Below, piece by piece: positions 51,711 to 64,000 of a DNA stretch of 64,000 nt. Position numbers and translations under genes: made by a program. Position 1 is the stretch's first letter. Each line of letters opens with the position of its first letter. Origin of the DNA: Octopus sinensis (taxonomy: Eukaryota); the NCBI RefSeq assembly GCF_006345805.1, contig NC_043000.1, positions 113,956,001 to 114,020,000 on the forward strand, written 5' to 3'. The notes below the pieces were generated by a model, which was not told where the DNA came from, ran no database searches, and saw nothing but the letters and a program-made list of their open reading frames with translations.

Positions 51711-52090
51711 ATTATATTGTATTATGTATATATTATATATATATAAATTGAATTTGAGACAAAACCACTATTTTGCAAATCAAACAAAGAAAGACTTAAT
51801 GCAATACATAAAAAACTTCATAACTTAAAATTGAATAGAAATCTGAAATCCACCTGATGAATGTCCTTAGAAGAGACACGAACAATTGTAGAGGCGAATT
51901 TAATTTAATTTAATTTATATTAAATTTTTTATGTATTGGATTAAGTCTTTCTTTGTTTGATTTGCAAAATAGTGGTTTTGTCTCTAATTAATATTATATA
52001 ATATTTTGCTATATAAATTGGATTCAATCCTAAATCTGATTTTTCCCTGTAAATTTGGATTTATTCCCTAATATTTATTATATATATATA

Positions 52091-52181
<91 letters not shown>

Positions 52182-52299
52182 GATGTGTGTGTGTGTGGTG
52201 TGTGTGTGTGTGTGTTGTGTGTGTGTATATATATATGTATATATATATATGTATATATTGATAAAACGGTAAGATAACAAAAGAAAGAAAGAGACCTCA

Positions 52300-53290
52300 A
52301 TATTATGTAAATAGAGGAAATTTATCTATACAATATGTTACATTACTCGGTAGTCAATATAAAACTCTGAGTTTCAGATGCCGAAGTGAAATCCACAACA
52401 CCATCTCTTCGGTTATCTGGCTATTTGAAAACGTTATGAAAAAATACCGTTAAATAAAGGGAAATTACTCTGTTATAACTCTGCTTGCCTGCGTACTTAT
52501 ACATCGCTCGCATTTTTCGTCATAAAAATTATATAAAAATACATAAAAAATATATAAAAAATATATAAAAATATATAAATTCTTCTTGGGACATGACATA
52601 GAAAGCATGTTCTATCTGTTTTCTTTAGGGGACCAAAAACGTAACAGAAATTTAGTCACATGTGGGCATGATCCGAAAAGCTCTGTCCTTGTATTTAGAC
52701 ATGTAGTAGGGTCTAAGCTGCTTTTCCAGATAAGCCATCTCTTCCATGTCGCATAGACCGCACCTTCCGCTGCCGTTAGTATAGGGCTTATATCTGGCCA
52801 AAATCTTCATTGTATGTTATAATCGACACCTTTATCTCTTAAAGACCAAATATGATTAGACAATTGTGTCGCTTTTCTTTTGTTCCAGTGCCTAAAGCTC
52901 AAAGTGTGGTTATTGAACCTGGCCTTGAAATTAGCCGCTGTAAGGCCCACGTATTTCTTCGTCGAAACGGTGTCTTTAGTGTTTAAGAGTTTACGTAACG
53001 GTAGCTCATATATGATGGTCTTGGACATGCAAGCTCCATTTAGCGGGCACAATTCTTTATTCCTGCATGAACAGCTGTTTTCTTCTTGTGTTTTTTGTAT
53101 GTTATGTTTGATTATGTTTTTAAAATTGGTAGTTGAACTAAAACTAATTTTTAAATTGTGTCTATTGAAGAGTTTCCTATAAGTATGGTTAACTGGAAAA
53201 TGTCTATCTATCAGTGCTAGGAAATATTTACCTATATTGAAGGCCACCTCGGGTGAGTAAGGGGCGTAAACCAGATCTTAGATCTTAATA
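52300..53290 (-). mobile_element. Penelope-like element 3' part: GIY-YIG endonuclease (frameshifted) plus 3' flank with degenerate hammerhead
   Basis: ORF 52807..53247 (NIGKYFL...HFP...CSCRNKELCPLNGAC...YVGLT...FKARFNNH). It continues across frameshifts as KILARYKPY..RCGLC..E and LNTRTELFGSCPH, the CCHH-type EN C-terminus of invertebrate PLEs. Confidence 0.85.
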
Positions 53291-53722
53291 AGAATATTTA
53301 TAAGCCTTATAGGAAGCCCAATGATAGACTAAGTTATATTAATGTAGCTTCATGCCATCCCCCTATAGTATTTCAAATCAAACTAAGTTCCTTAGTTTGA
53401 ACTTAGTTTGATTTGAAAACCCCACTAGAATGGGAGAAAGCGCTAATGATCGAAGTGATATGATATATATATATATAAAATGTAATATACAAATAAATAT
53501 CTGTAAATATAAACCATCCGATCTTCTGAGTATCTCATTACTTCTAATATATAATACCTATACATCATCTCCAAACCTTCCAATATATTATATATATTAT
53601 ATATATATATATAATATATATATATTCTAAAATATTATTAGAGACAAAACCACTATTTTGCAAAACAAAAAAGGAAAGACTTAATCAATACATAAAATTT
53701 TAATAAATAGTCAAAAAAACCG

Positions 53723-53765
53723 CCACTACAATCGTTTCTTGTCTTGATCGACAATCTTCAGGTGG
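53723..53765 (-). ncRNA. Minimal type I hammerhead ribozyme motif, intact core
   Basis: CCAC-CTGAAGA-TTGTC(GATCAA)GACAA-GAAAC-GATT-GTA^GTGG. Stem I CCAC/GTGG, 5-bp stem II, short stem III. Confidence 0.8.
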
Positions 53766-53818
53766 ACTTCCAATTACAAGTCAATTTCATTATTTGAAAT
53801 TGACTTGTAATTGGAAGT

Positions 53819-53861
53819 CCACCTGAAGATTGTCGATCAAGACAAGAAATGATTGTAGTGG
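53819..53861 (+). ncRNA. Mirror copy of the same hammerhead (C15.2 to T)
   Basis: CCAC-CTGAAGA-TTGTC(GATCAA)GACAA-GAAAT-GATT-GTA^GTGG. Confidence 0.7.
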
Positions 53862-55988
53862 CGGTTTTTTTGACTATTTATTAAAATTTTATGTATTGAT
53901 TAAGTCTTTCCTTGTTTGTTTTGCAAAATAGTGGTTTTGTCTCTAATAATATTTCTAATATTTTACTATAAAATCGATTTAATCCTAAATCTGATTTTTT
54001 CCCTGTAAATTTGGATTTATTCCCTAATATTATTATTTATATATATATATATTATATATATTATATACAGGGTTGGCTATATATATATTACGCACCTGTA
54101 TATGTTTATTACTAATTTTTACCTCTTCATTACTCACCTATGTATATATTTGTTACATCGGTATTTATTTCTTCATACACATGAATATATTTGTTACACA
54201 GCTTTGTGAAAGATTTTGCACAATCATATGTTAAAATGTATTTGTTTGTTGCACATTTTTATATAAATTCGTTACGCACCTCCATATGTTTGTTGTTGTT
54301 GTTGTTTGTTCCTTCTCGAGCCATACCTGGCTCATAAGGACCGGTTTCCTGGTTTCATTGGCGTATAAGTTCCCACCTGGACGGCACGCCGATCCGTCGC
54401 AGGTGAGCTGCTAGATGTAGGAGGAAAGAGTGAGAGAAAGTTGTGACGAAAGAGTCAGCAGAAGTTCGCCATTACCTTCGCTCATAAACACACACATCGT
54501 CCGGTCTGAGATTCGAACCTGAGATCCCTCGACCGCGAGTCGGCTGCTCTAACCACTTGGCCATGTACTTCCACATATGTTTGTTACACACCTTGATATA
54601 AATTTTTGTTACACACCTTTATATAAATTTGTTAGACACCTCCGTATGTTTTTTAAACACCTTTATATATACATGAAGGATCCGTGAATATTTCACGAAA
54701 TTAATAGTAAACCTTTTGATTATTCCTGAAAACTTTATCCAAAAAGCCTGAAAACGAAGCCTGTGTTGTGTCTGTATCAAAAGATTGTCGTTTGTCTGCT
54801 ATTTATTGAAAAGTAAAGGAAATTGGAATACGATGATTACTTAATGCACTTTGGATATACACTTAATATACTTTACGCACAATTTTTTAGACTTAATACA
54901 CAGCACTCTTATTATTCAATTAGTTCAATTAGTTCAATTACAAAATTTCCTTTACACTATGCACTCACCATCGTCACCACCACCACCATCATCTCTCTCT
55001 CTCACTCTCTTCCTCTATTTCTCTCTCTTTCCCCCTCTCTCTCTTTCTCTCACTCTGCCTGTCTTTATTCTAACCGTCAGAACATCACCCCTCTGCTAAA
55101 ATTATATTCCTAACTCTCCTCTATATCACTACCTTCAACTAACTTTTCAAACCACGTAATAAATATTACATTCCCCCTACCACATGTCATGGACGCTTCT
55201 CTTTCCGTCTTTTCTCTCTCCCTCTTTTCTCTCTCCCTCTTCATCTCTCACTGTATTTTCTCTCTCTTTCTGCCTCACTCTTCGCCTTATCCTCTTTATC
55301 TCTCTCCCTCTTTTTCTCTAATTACGTGTAAGCGTTACCGACGGGCTAAGTAACGTAACGACATGCAGAATTATTATAAGATGTGTCACCCACCTCCATA
55401 TGCTTGTTACAGACCAGAAAATGTGGATTGCCAGTAACGTTAAAATACCTTGTGGTTACTGACCTTTTTAATGTCTAATTTCTTTAGTTCATTTATGTCT
55501 CAGTTTATTAAATTGCAGATCTGATATGATTTGTGTATTTATATTTATTATCTTATTTTTAGTTCAGCTTTGATAGTAATCTCACTCTTCTATAGTACGC
55601 ACTGTATTTCTTTAAAATTCGTTTCTTTTATTCTTTTACTTGTTTCAGCCATTTGACTGCGGCCATGCTGCAGCACCGCCTTTAAAGGGTTACAGTCGAA
55701 GAAATTGACCCCAGGACTTTGTAAGATTAGTACTTATTCTATCGGTTTCTTTTGTCCAACGGCTAAGTCACAGGAACGTAAACTCACAAGCATCGGTTGT
55801 CAAGCGATGGCGGGTAGACAAACACAGACACAAATGTAAATACATATATATATATATAGATAGATAGATAGAGTGAGAGAGAGTGTGAGACATATATATA
55901 AATATATCATTATATATATACATATACATATATATAAACATATATATATATATATATATATATGTTCACATACACGTATATATATATA

Positions 55989-56046
<58 letters not shown>

Positions 56047-57989
56047 GACCGGCTTCTTTCGGTTTCCGTCCATCAAATCCACTCACAAGGCTTTGTTTGC
56101 CCGAGGCCATAGTAGAAGACACTTACCCAAAGCACCCCGCAGTGAGACTGAACCCGGAACCATGTGGTTGGGAAGCTAGCTTCTTACCACACAGTCACAC
56201 TTGCACCTAGTACACATTTTCTTGTCATTTCTTTTGTGATTCATATCTTTCTGATTTATTAAGTGTGAAGTCACGTGGTTTAGAGGTTAGGGTAGGTTCA
56301 CAATCGCAATGTCACGAGTTCGATTTCCCGCAGTGCATTTCGCCCTTGAGCATGATACTCTATATCATGTTGCACCGATCCATTCAATTGACAAAACTGA
56401 GGAGGGCAGGCCTTGTAACACTCTGTGTGACGCTGAATCTCCATGAGAACTACATTGAGGACATGCGTGTCAGCCACTTGCACTTCAATTTCACGAACAG
56501 GTTGTTCCGAAACCCCTCGTTGTTGTAACCAACAGAGTGCCATTTACTAAGTATTTATATGGCCGGTTCTTATCTAAGTCTCTGATTTCAATGTCTGTAT
56601 CTATTTTAATGTATCTAGTTTTTTTTCTAATTTAAATCTTCTAGTGATTCGTTTTGTCTCAGCTTCGATTCGTTCTGTCTAATCAATCTGAAGTTTGTCG
56701 ATAAGAAAAACCTGCCAAATGAAGCCAAGTTAGTTGGTGTCCAGCAATGCATACAGGCAGACGATTTCACAGAATTGTAGGATTTGCTTAGAGCAGCTGT
56801 AGTTGTTATAAGAGGACGATTAGGCACTGGGCAGAAGAATAAAGGAAAGTTAAAGGAGACTTAGTAACAGAGATGAACTGAATGAAACAAAGCATCTCTG
56901 AGAAAGTATCTTCGGAAGATAGAGAATTGGTATAAGGGGTGTTGGAAGAACATCAAGGAATTTGAAGAAAGAATGAATGAAAAGAAATACAACTTGAAAG
57001 CGACGGCTCGCCAAACAGTAATGAAGGAAGTTCAGATGTGGATCTCCAGCAAAGTGGTGAAAGTCAGGGGATACTCAGAATTGCTCAATATGAGCAGAAC
57101 GACATGAATGGTTTCGTGTGTGCCTCTTGCTCAGAAAGAAGCAACACACTTTTGCTCTGATATGAGCTTTCAGCCAGTGGCACATAATAGAGCTTATATT
57201 CTGTGCAGATTTACTATACAAAACGGATAAAGTGATCTAGTATAGACGACTGGACTTCAAATTGTAGGTCAGAGTTCCATAAAACTTTCATTATTGATGT
57301 AGCATCCCCAGTTGACCATAATGTAGTAACTATAACTGGAACTTCGTCGGTTACGACGTCGAGGGTTCCAGATGATCCGATCAACGGAACAGCCTGTTCA
57401 GGATATTAACGTGCAAGTGGCTGAGTATTCCACAGACACGTGTACCCTTAACGTAGTTCTCAGGGAAATTCAGCGTGACACAGAGTGTGACAAGGCTGGC
57501 CCTTCGAAATACAGATACAACTCATCTTTGCAAGCTGAGTGAACTGGAGCAACGTGAAATAAAGTGTCTCGCTCTAGGACAAATGGAGTTGCCGGGAATC
57601 GAACTCATGACCCTAAGATCATGAGCCGAATACCCTAACCACTGAGCCACGTAGAACTAAAGAAATTGAAAAAATTGTCAACCCTCAATGTTGAAGATGG
57701 GCCTAGAAAGAATGTGGAATACCGCTGCTAAAGTTATTCTGTTATTCCGGTCGAGGTAGGAGTACTTATTTCATGGACCCTGAAAGGATGAAAGACAAAG
57801 TCCAACTCGGCAGAATTTCAACTCAGAACGTAAAGACGGACGAAACCCCGCTAAATAGAAATTGTAAATGATGTTGCCTACTATCAACCAAGGTAGCTAG
57901 AATCCACAAAATTAAAGCAAAGTCTGGGGGACATGAAACTCTGAAAGACAGACAGCAACAAAAACTGCAGCATGACCAATGTCCACTTC

Positions 57990-58670
57990 ATGCTCAGGAC
58001 ATTGATGTTGATCAACCATAAACCCATTAGTGGCTGTGAACTTCAAGGTTCAAAATCGAAACGGAGGGATTCGCTTTTGTTGCCTAAAACCAGAATTTAT
58101 TTACAAGAAATTACCGAACAGATATCCTAAAAAAAAAAAAAAAATTGGAGCGGGCCCAAAACGCAGAATCTCTGACGAACAACTCGAGATAATAAGATCA
58201 TATAGCTTTAAGATGCTCCACCTTGGTGCTTACTTAATATGAAGCTACGCATGACTGGATTGGAAAATACACTGACTGGATACTATGCTAACATCATGGG
58301 GCAGAACAGAATCCTCTGTCAGTATTTTATAATGTGCACAAACAGCAGTATAAACACCAACCGGTCTGATATTATCGTTAAAAGTAAAAAAATAACAGGC
58401 CTACTCATTGCTATGATTATATCACCTGACAAAAATCTATTTGCTAAAGAATTTGACAAATTTACAAAGTACATAGACATAGGAATGTGACAATTGAAGA
58501 CTCAAAAGAACCCCAGTTGGAAGTGGTGTGCTTGGAGTCATAAACGAAGGCATAAATGAGTTCCTTGGAAAAATCCCTGGTAAATTCAGCATTTGTAATA
58601 TTTTTTAAAACATCATCCATGGTTCACATTTTACGTAGAATTTGTCTTTATAATACCGAATAATGAAAAC
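57990..58670 (+). mobile_element. Decayed R4/Dong-like 3' fragment
   Basis: ETEGF..A.NQNLFTRNY, then RSDIIV...KEFDKFTKY, IPG and HILRRILS remnants. Confidence 0.55.
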
Positions 58671-59004
58671 TGAATTCCTTCCTTTTATCTATCGCGTTTA
58701 TACCTTATTATTTAAAAGTTAATCCTGGTCTACAACTTAACGTGGAGGTTGTGTTGGAACAGAGAATACTGTGTTATTTACCATGAGAGAGAATCTCATA
58801 ATGGCACGTGGTGCATAAAAGCACTCGAAATCATATCGTTGACAGATGGTCCTTATAAGAGTTACTCTCGGAGTAAATGGCACAGTATTGTGTTCTAACA
58901 CAACCTCCACGCCAAGTTGGAGATCAGGATTAACTTTTGGTATTGATATTCTTTCAGTCGCTATTAATTATTTCTTCTTATTTCATTCTACGTTTCTACA
59001 TGTT

Positions 59005-59300
59005 TGTTCCTTCTCGAGTCATGCCTGGCTCACAAGGGCCGGTTTCCCGGTTTCCTTGGTGTATAGGTTCCCACCTGGACGGGACGCCGGTCCGTCGTAG
59101 GTGAGCTGCAAGATGCAGGAGGAAAGAGTGAGAGAAAGTTGTGGCGAAAGAGTCAGCAGAAGTTCGCCATTACCTTCTGCCAGAGCCGCGTGGAGCTTAG
59201 GTGATCCGCTCATAAACACACACATCGCCCGGTCTGAGATTCGAACTCGCGATCCCTCGACCGCGAGTCTGCTGCTCTAACCACTAGGCCATGTGCCTCC
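59005..59300 (-). mobile_element. tRNA-derived SINE, third family
   Basis: A/B-box head GGCCTAGTGGTTAGAGCAGC...GTTCGAATC. Copies at 14195-14510, 19345-19600, 41405-41597, 54310-54575 and 59625-59820. Confidence 0.7.
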
Positions 59301-60479
59301 ACAGGTTTCTACGTACTGAATCGAAATTAATTTTATGCCTTTTGACCCCTACATTCTGTTGTGGAATAATCACCATTACATGACAAAACCTGATATAGAC
59401 GCTTGGCTGACACTTGGCAGGTATTATTAAATGAAAGGATATGAAAAGAAAATAATGGCCTGGCTCTGTATCGTTTTCATCAGCGATCCAGCTGATCCAA
59501 TTAACGGAACAAACTGCACGTGAAATTAACGTGCAAGCAGCTGGGCATCCCACAGACACGTGGTGTATCCTCAATGTAGTTCACATGGAGAACGACGACG
59601 ACGACAAAAACAACAGCATGGGTGGAGCGCAATGGCCCAGTGGTTAGGGCAGCGGACTCGTGGTCGTAAGAACGCGGTTTCGATTCCCAGACCGGGCATT
59701 GTGAGTGTTTATTGAGCAAAAACACCTAAGCTCTACGAAGCTCCGGCGGGGATGGGTGGTGAACCCCGCTGTACTCTTTCACCACAACTTTCTCTCACTC
59801 TTTCTTCCTACTTCTGCCACAAAGCAGAGGAACCATGGTGTAACCCACTATGGTGTGGTAAACTTTCAGACCCTAGTCTAGATTGCGAATCCTCTGTACC
59901 CCAGAATGGTTCAGCTCTCCACCCGTTAAAGGCCACCGTTTACAGAATGAAGATAACAACGTAGCTTTCGCGCCCGTGCAACCGCCAGTCTATCGCGTGT
60001 GGTTGGTGGATCTTCAAGTTGTCACACGCATTCTTAGTAGCTTAGAGTTGGCTCGAATTAGAGATTATTCTTTGTGGCTAATGGCGTGAGTCGTGATTGG
60101 AAGAAGAAGAAGAAGAAGAAGACAACAGCAATAAAAATCCTTTATACTATAGGTACAAGGTCCGAAATTTTGGTAAGGGGCCTAGTCGATTACATCGACC
60201 CCAGTGTTCAACTGGTACTTATTTCATCACCATCGAAAGGATGAAAGGCAAAGTTGACCTCAGCGATATTTGAACTCAGGACATAAAGAACCGAAAAATA
60301 TGCCGATAAGCATTTTGTCCGATACGCTAAGAATTCTGCCAGTTCGCTGCTTTAATAATAATAATAACAACAACAATAATAATAATAATAATAAATGACC
60401 CATGATGTCCGTTTGATTCCAGGATCGTAAAATAAGAGGGAGAAAAAGAAAGAAAATATAATCCTTTAAGATTTGAAAT

Positions 60480-60750
60480 AGAAAGAATTTAGAGCATGCG
60501 AATTGGTACGTTGGGAACAGTAAGCCAAGATATAAACAAATGGCTGAAGGAGATTGGAATAGAATGCCTAATAGAGCTCCTGCAGAAAATTTGCCTCTTA
60601 TGGACAGCAAAGATTATCAGGAGGGTTCTAAGCACTCGAAAGACTGCTGAAAACTTGTGGTAAACCTAAGGTTACAGGTAGTAACCTGCTACCTACATAA
60701 ATACTGCCAGGAATAAGACCAAACCTGAGCTTTGCTTCTATAATAATAAT
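60480..60750 (+). mobile_element. R4/Dong-like extreme 3' end
   Basis: ELLQKICLLWTAKIIRRVLS-type C-terminus followed by UTR and (TAA)n. Confidence 0.55.
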
Positions 60751-61732
60751 GATAATAATAAAGGGACACGTAACATTAATTACACTGTATAACACAATTT
60801 TAATTTTTACTTTTTTTTTTGTCTTCGGTCAGTAAGTGTTATTTTCTATTTGTTTCTATCTAGAAATCAAGAGCAATGGCTATATAATTCCCTTCAAACT
60901 TTGGTTTTGTGACCTGGACATCAATGTTTTGAAACTGACCTATTTTCCATTACATTTCAGAGATATTTAGCGCTGCGTTGCTGAAGCAGAAATATCGTTT
61001 GAGCAAATATTCTACTTAATATTACAGATTTACTTAACCACTCGACCGTAACCACATGCATATGTCCTTTAGTGGTTAAAAATATGTGCATCTCTGATGA
61101 TGAGCAGGAGTAGTGGGGGAACATGATAGCCATATGTTGAGAGGGATTCTTTAGGATTTGAATAAATGCAATAAGTTTGAAGGAAATATTGGCTATTTTT
61201 TCTACTTTCTAGGGGGTAAGCAGTTGCTACTCGGGGACGATAATCGTGTTACACAGTGGTATAGGACACATGAGGTTAGTGAGAAGCAAGATGTAGTGTG
61301 AGCACAAACCACGAAGAGTGGCGGAGTCGGAGACCTGCAAAACCCTGTCGGGTTTCCCAAACCAAAGAGACCAGGAGCTTGAGCACAACAAGCCGGATCT
61401 ACGGGAGTGGATATACAAGTTCTACTTTGAAGTTCAACTATTTTGCGAATGGTAGTCTCTTTCTGCGGTCATATGACTTGACTGAAGGTAACGAATAAGA
61501 ATCCAGCCAACACCAGACACCGTACTGAAGGTCAGCATAAAATCTTATAATAATAAAATAAAATAGGCGCAGGAGTGGCTGTGTGGTAAGAAGCTTGCTT
61601 CACAACCACATGGTTTCGGGTTCAGTTCCACTGCGTGGCAGCTTGGGTAAGTGTCTTCTACTATAGCCTCGGGCCGACCAAAGCCCTGTAAGTGGATTTG
61701 GTAGACAGAAACTGGAAGAACCCCGTCGTATG

Positions 61733-61763
<31 letters not shown>

Positions 61764-61769
61764 TGTATG

Positions 61770-61806
<37 letters not shown>

Positions 61807-62925
61807 GTATATATATATATATATATATAATATATATATATATTATATATATATTATATACATATATACATACATACATAGTACATATATATATATTATA
61901 TATAATATATAGTATATATATATTATATATATATATATATATATATGTATAGCTGAAATTTACAGAAAAACAAAAGACGAAGACAGTGTATGAACAACTA
62001 GCGGGTGTATTAGTTTGACGCTCGGCAAAGTGATAAAGTCTTTTACGTTTCGAGCCTACGCACTTCAACAGAAAGGAACACGATGAAATATGCAGGATGA
62101 TATGTATATATGTATGTATATATATTTGTGTGTGTGTGTGTGTGTGTATGTGTGTGTGTGTGCGTGCGTGTGCGTGCGTGTGTATGTGTGTGTATGTATG
62201 CGTGTGTCACTCCGCCATCCCTTGACAACCGATGCTGGTGTGTTTATGTCCCCGTATCTTACCCGTTCGGCAATAGAGACCGATAGAATAAGCACTACTA
62301 GGCTTACAAAGAATGAGTCCTGGGGGTCGATTTCTTCGACTAACACTCTTTAAGGCGGTTCATCAGCATGGCCGCAGTCAAATGCCTGAAACGAGTAAAT
62401 AGAATAAAAAGGAAAAAATAAAAAAAGAAAAAGAACAGGAAGCAGAAAGACTAGAAGCTACAATTACAAACAACATCGCCACAGCATTCAGATCACACGC
62501 AGAAGTCAGATGAAGCGCATAAAAGAAACACAAAGTGCTTCGAGTATCCACAGAGATCACTTTTGATCAACAAAAGAAAGGATGATATTTATCTAAATTT
62601 ATCTGAAACTATGCTAAACCTATCGGGGCAACCAATCACTGACCTGTGTGTGATACACTAAACTATAAATCCTGATATATACTCTTTTACTGTTCTACTC
62701 TTTTCAGTCATTTGACTGTGGCCATGCTGGAGCACCGCCTTTAGTCGAGCAAATCGACCCCTGGACTTATTCATTGTAAGCCTAGTACTTTTTTCTATCT
62801 GTCTCTTTTGCCGAAGGCCTAAGTTACGGGGACGTAACCACATCAGCATTGGTTGTCAAGCGACGTGGGGGGACAAACACAAACACACAAACATTCATTC
62901 ATACATACATACATACATACATACA

Positions 62926-62961
<36 letters not shown>

Positions 62962-63487
62962 TATACATATATACGACGGGCTTCTTTCAGTTTCCGTCTA
63001 CCTAATCCACTCACAAGGCTTTGGTCGGCCCGAGGCTATAGTAGAAGACACTTGCTCAAGGTGCCACGTAGTGGGATTGAACCCGGAACCATGTGGTTTG
63101 TAAGCAAGCTACTTACCACACAGCCACTCTTAGTTTATATAAACTTATAACGATTTAAATTTTAGCACAAGGACAGCAATTTCGGAGAAGGGAGTAAGTT
63201 GATTAAATCGACCCCTCCAGGGATCAGCTGGTATTTCTTTCACTGATTCCGGAGGGATGAAAGGTAAAGTCGACAACGGCAGAATTTGAACTCAGAATGT
63301 GAAGACGAACGAAATAGCGTTAAGTATTTTACCTGGTGTGCTAATGATTACCCCACAAGCAAAATGAAAGAAAAATACTTTAAGTACGAAAATCCATCTT
63401 GATACGGATGACTTCGTTTGTTGTCGTCACGAAGTTCAGATGTCACTAACCCTCACATAGCACAGAAAGAAATAATCTCCACGTAAC

Positions 63488-63537
<50 letters not shown>

Positions 63538-63905
63538 ACACACAGCCACAATACAACATTACGAAAACGACACCCGAGAGGTACTAGCTCTGCTGCTCAG
63601 CTTGGACAAGTATAACAAAGAGAGAGAGAGAGGGAATGAGAGAAAAAGAAAGACAGAGAGAGAGAAAAAAGTGTGTGTGTGAGAGAAAGAGAAAGAAAGA
63701 GTGAGAGAGAGAAAGACACACAGACAGACAGAAAAATAGCTACAACAGCAATAATAGCCGATTGTTTGGGAACCTAAAACTAGTGTTTAATCTGTGAAAT
63801 TTCAACTTCTCTCTCTCTCTCTCCATATATATATATATATATAGATCTATATAATATATATATATATATATAAATATATATATATATTATATATATAATA
63901 TATAG

Positions 63906-63947
<42 letters not shown>

Positions 63948-64000
63948 TAGATAGATAGATAGATATAGATAGATAGATAGACATAGATAGATATAGATAG

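Noticed and set aside
52807-52809. TGA ending the PLE ORF as possible selenocysteine (some PLEs are selenoproteins)
   Set aside because: It is not at a Cys position. A 1-nt deletion from TGG-AAG restores W-K-I-L and the downstream frame, so it is a frameshift.
54050-54665. Degenerate about 24-bp TATGTTTGTTACACACC repeats (also 47990-48130)
   Set aside because: Ordinary decayed minisatellite with no additional structure seen.
59625-59700. tRNA-like heads with A/B boxes (many copies)
   Set aside because: They lack complete cloverleaves and continue into SINE bodies, so they are not tRNA genes.

Overview
AT-rich, repeat-dense animal genomic DNA. The SINE families and microsatellite load look like octopus (inferred, not checked). 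Two multi-exon genes converge. On + is the 3' part of an endocytic adaptor, probably Disabled/Dab-like (exons 861-947, 5885-6361, 8159-10694, and a likely 3'UTR exon from 18162). On - is an oxalate:formate-antiporter-like MFS transporter (eight coding exons found, 44042 to 21290; at least one is missing, probably in the N gap at 28274-28373). The rest is mobile-element debris: R4/Dong, RTE, CR1/L2 and Tx1-like LINEs, Penelope-like elements (PLE), mariner/Tc1/Tigger relics, a non-autonomous Helitron, tRNA-derived SINEs and an intron-containing tRNA-Tyr pseudogene. The most unusual signal is at 51-54 kb. Three fold-back elements carrying type I hammerhead ribozyme motifs (two with a copy on each strand) surround a decayed PLE GIY-YIG endonuclease. 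More minimal hammerhead motifs are scattered through the window. All calls were made by eye; repeat boundaries are approximate and no ribozyme activity is demonstrated.
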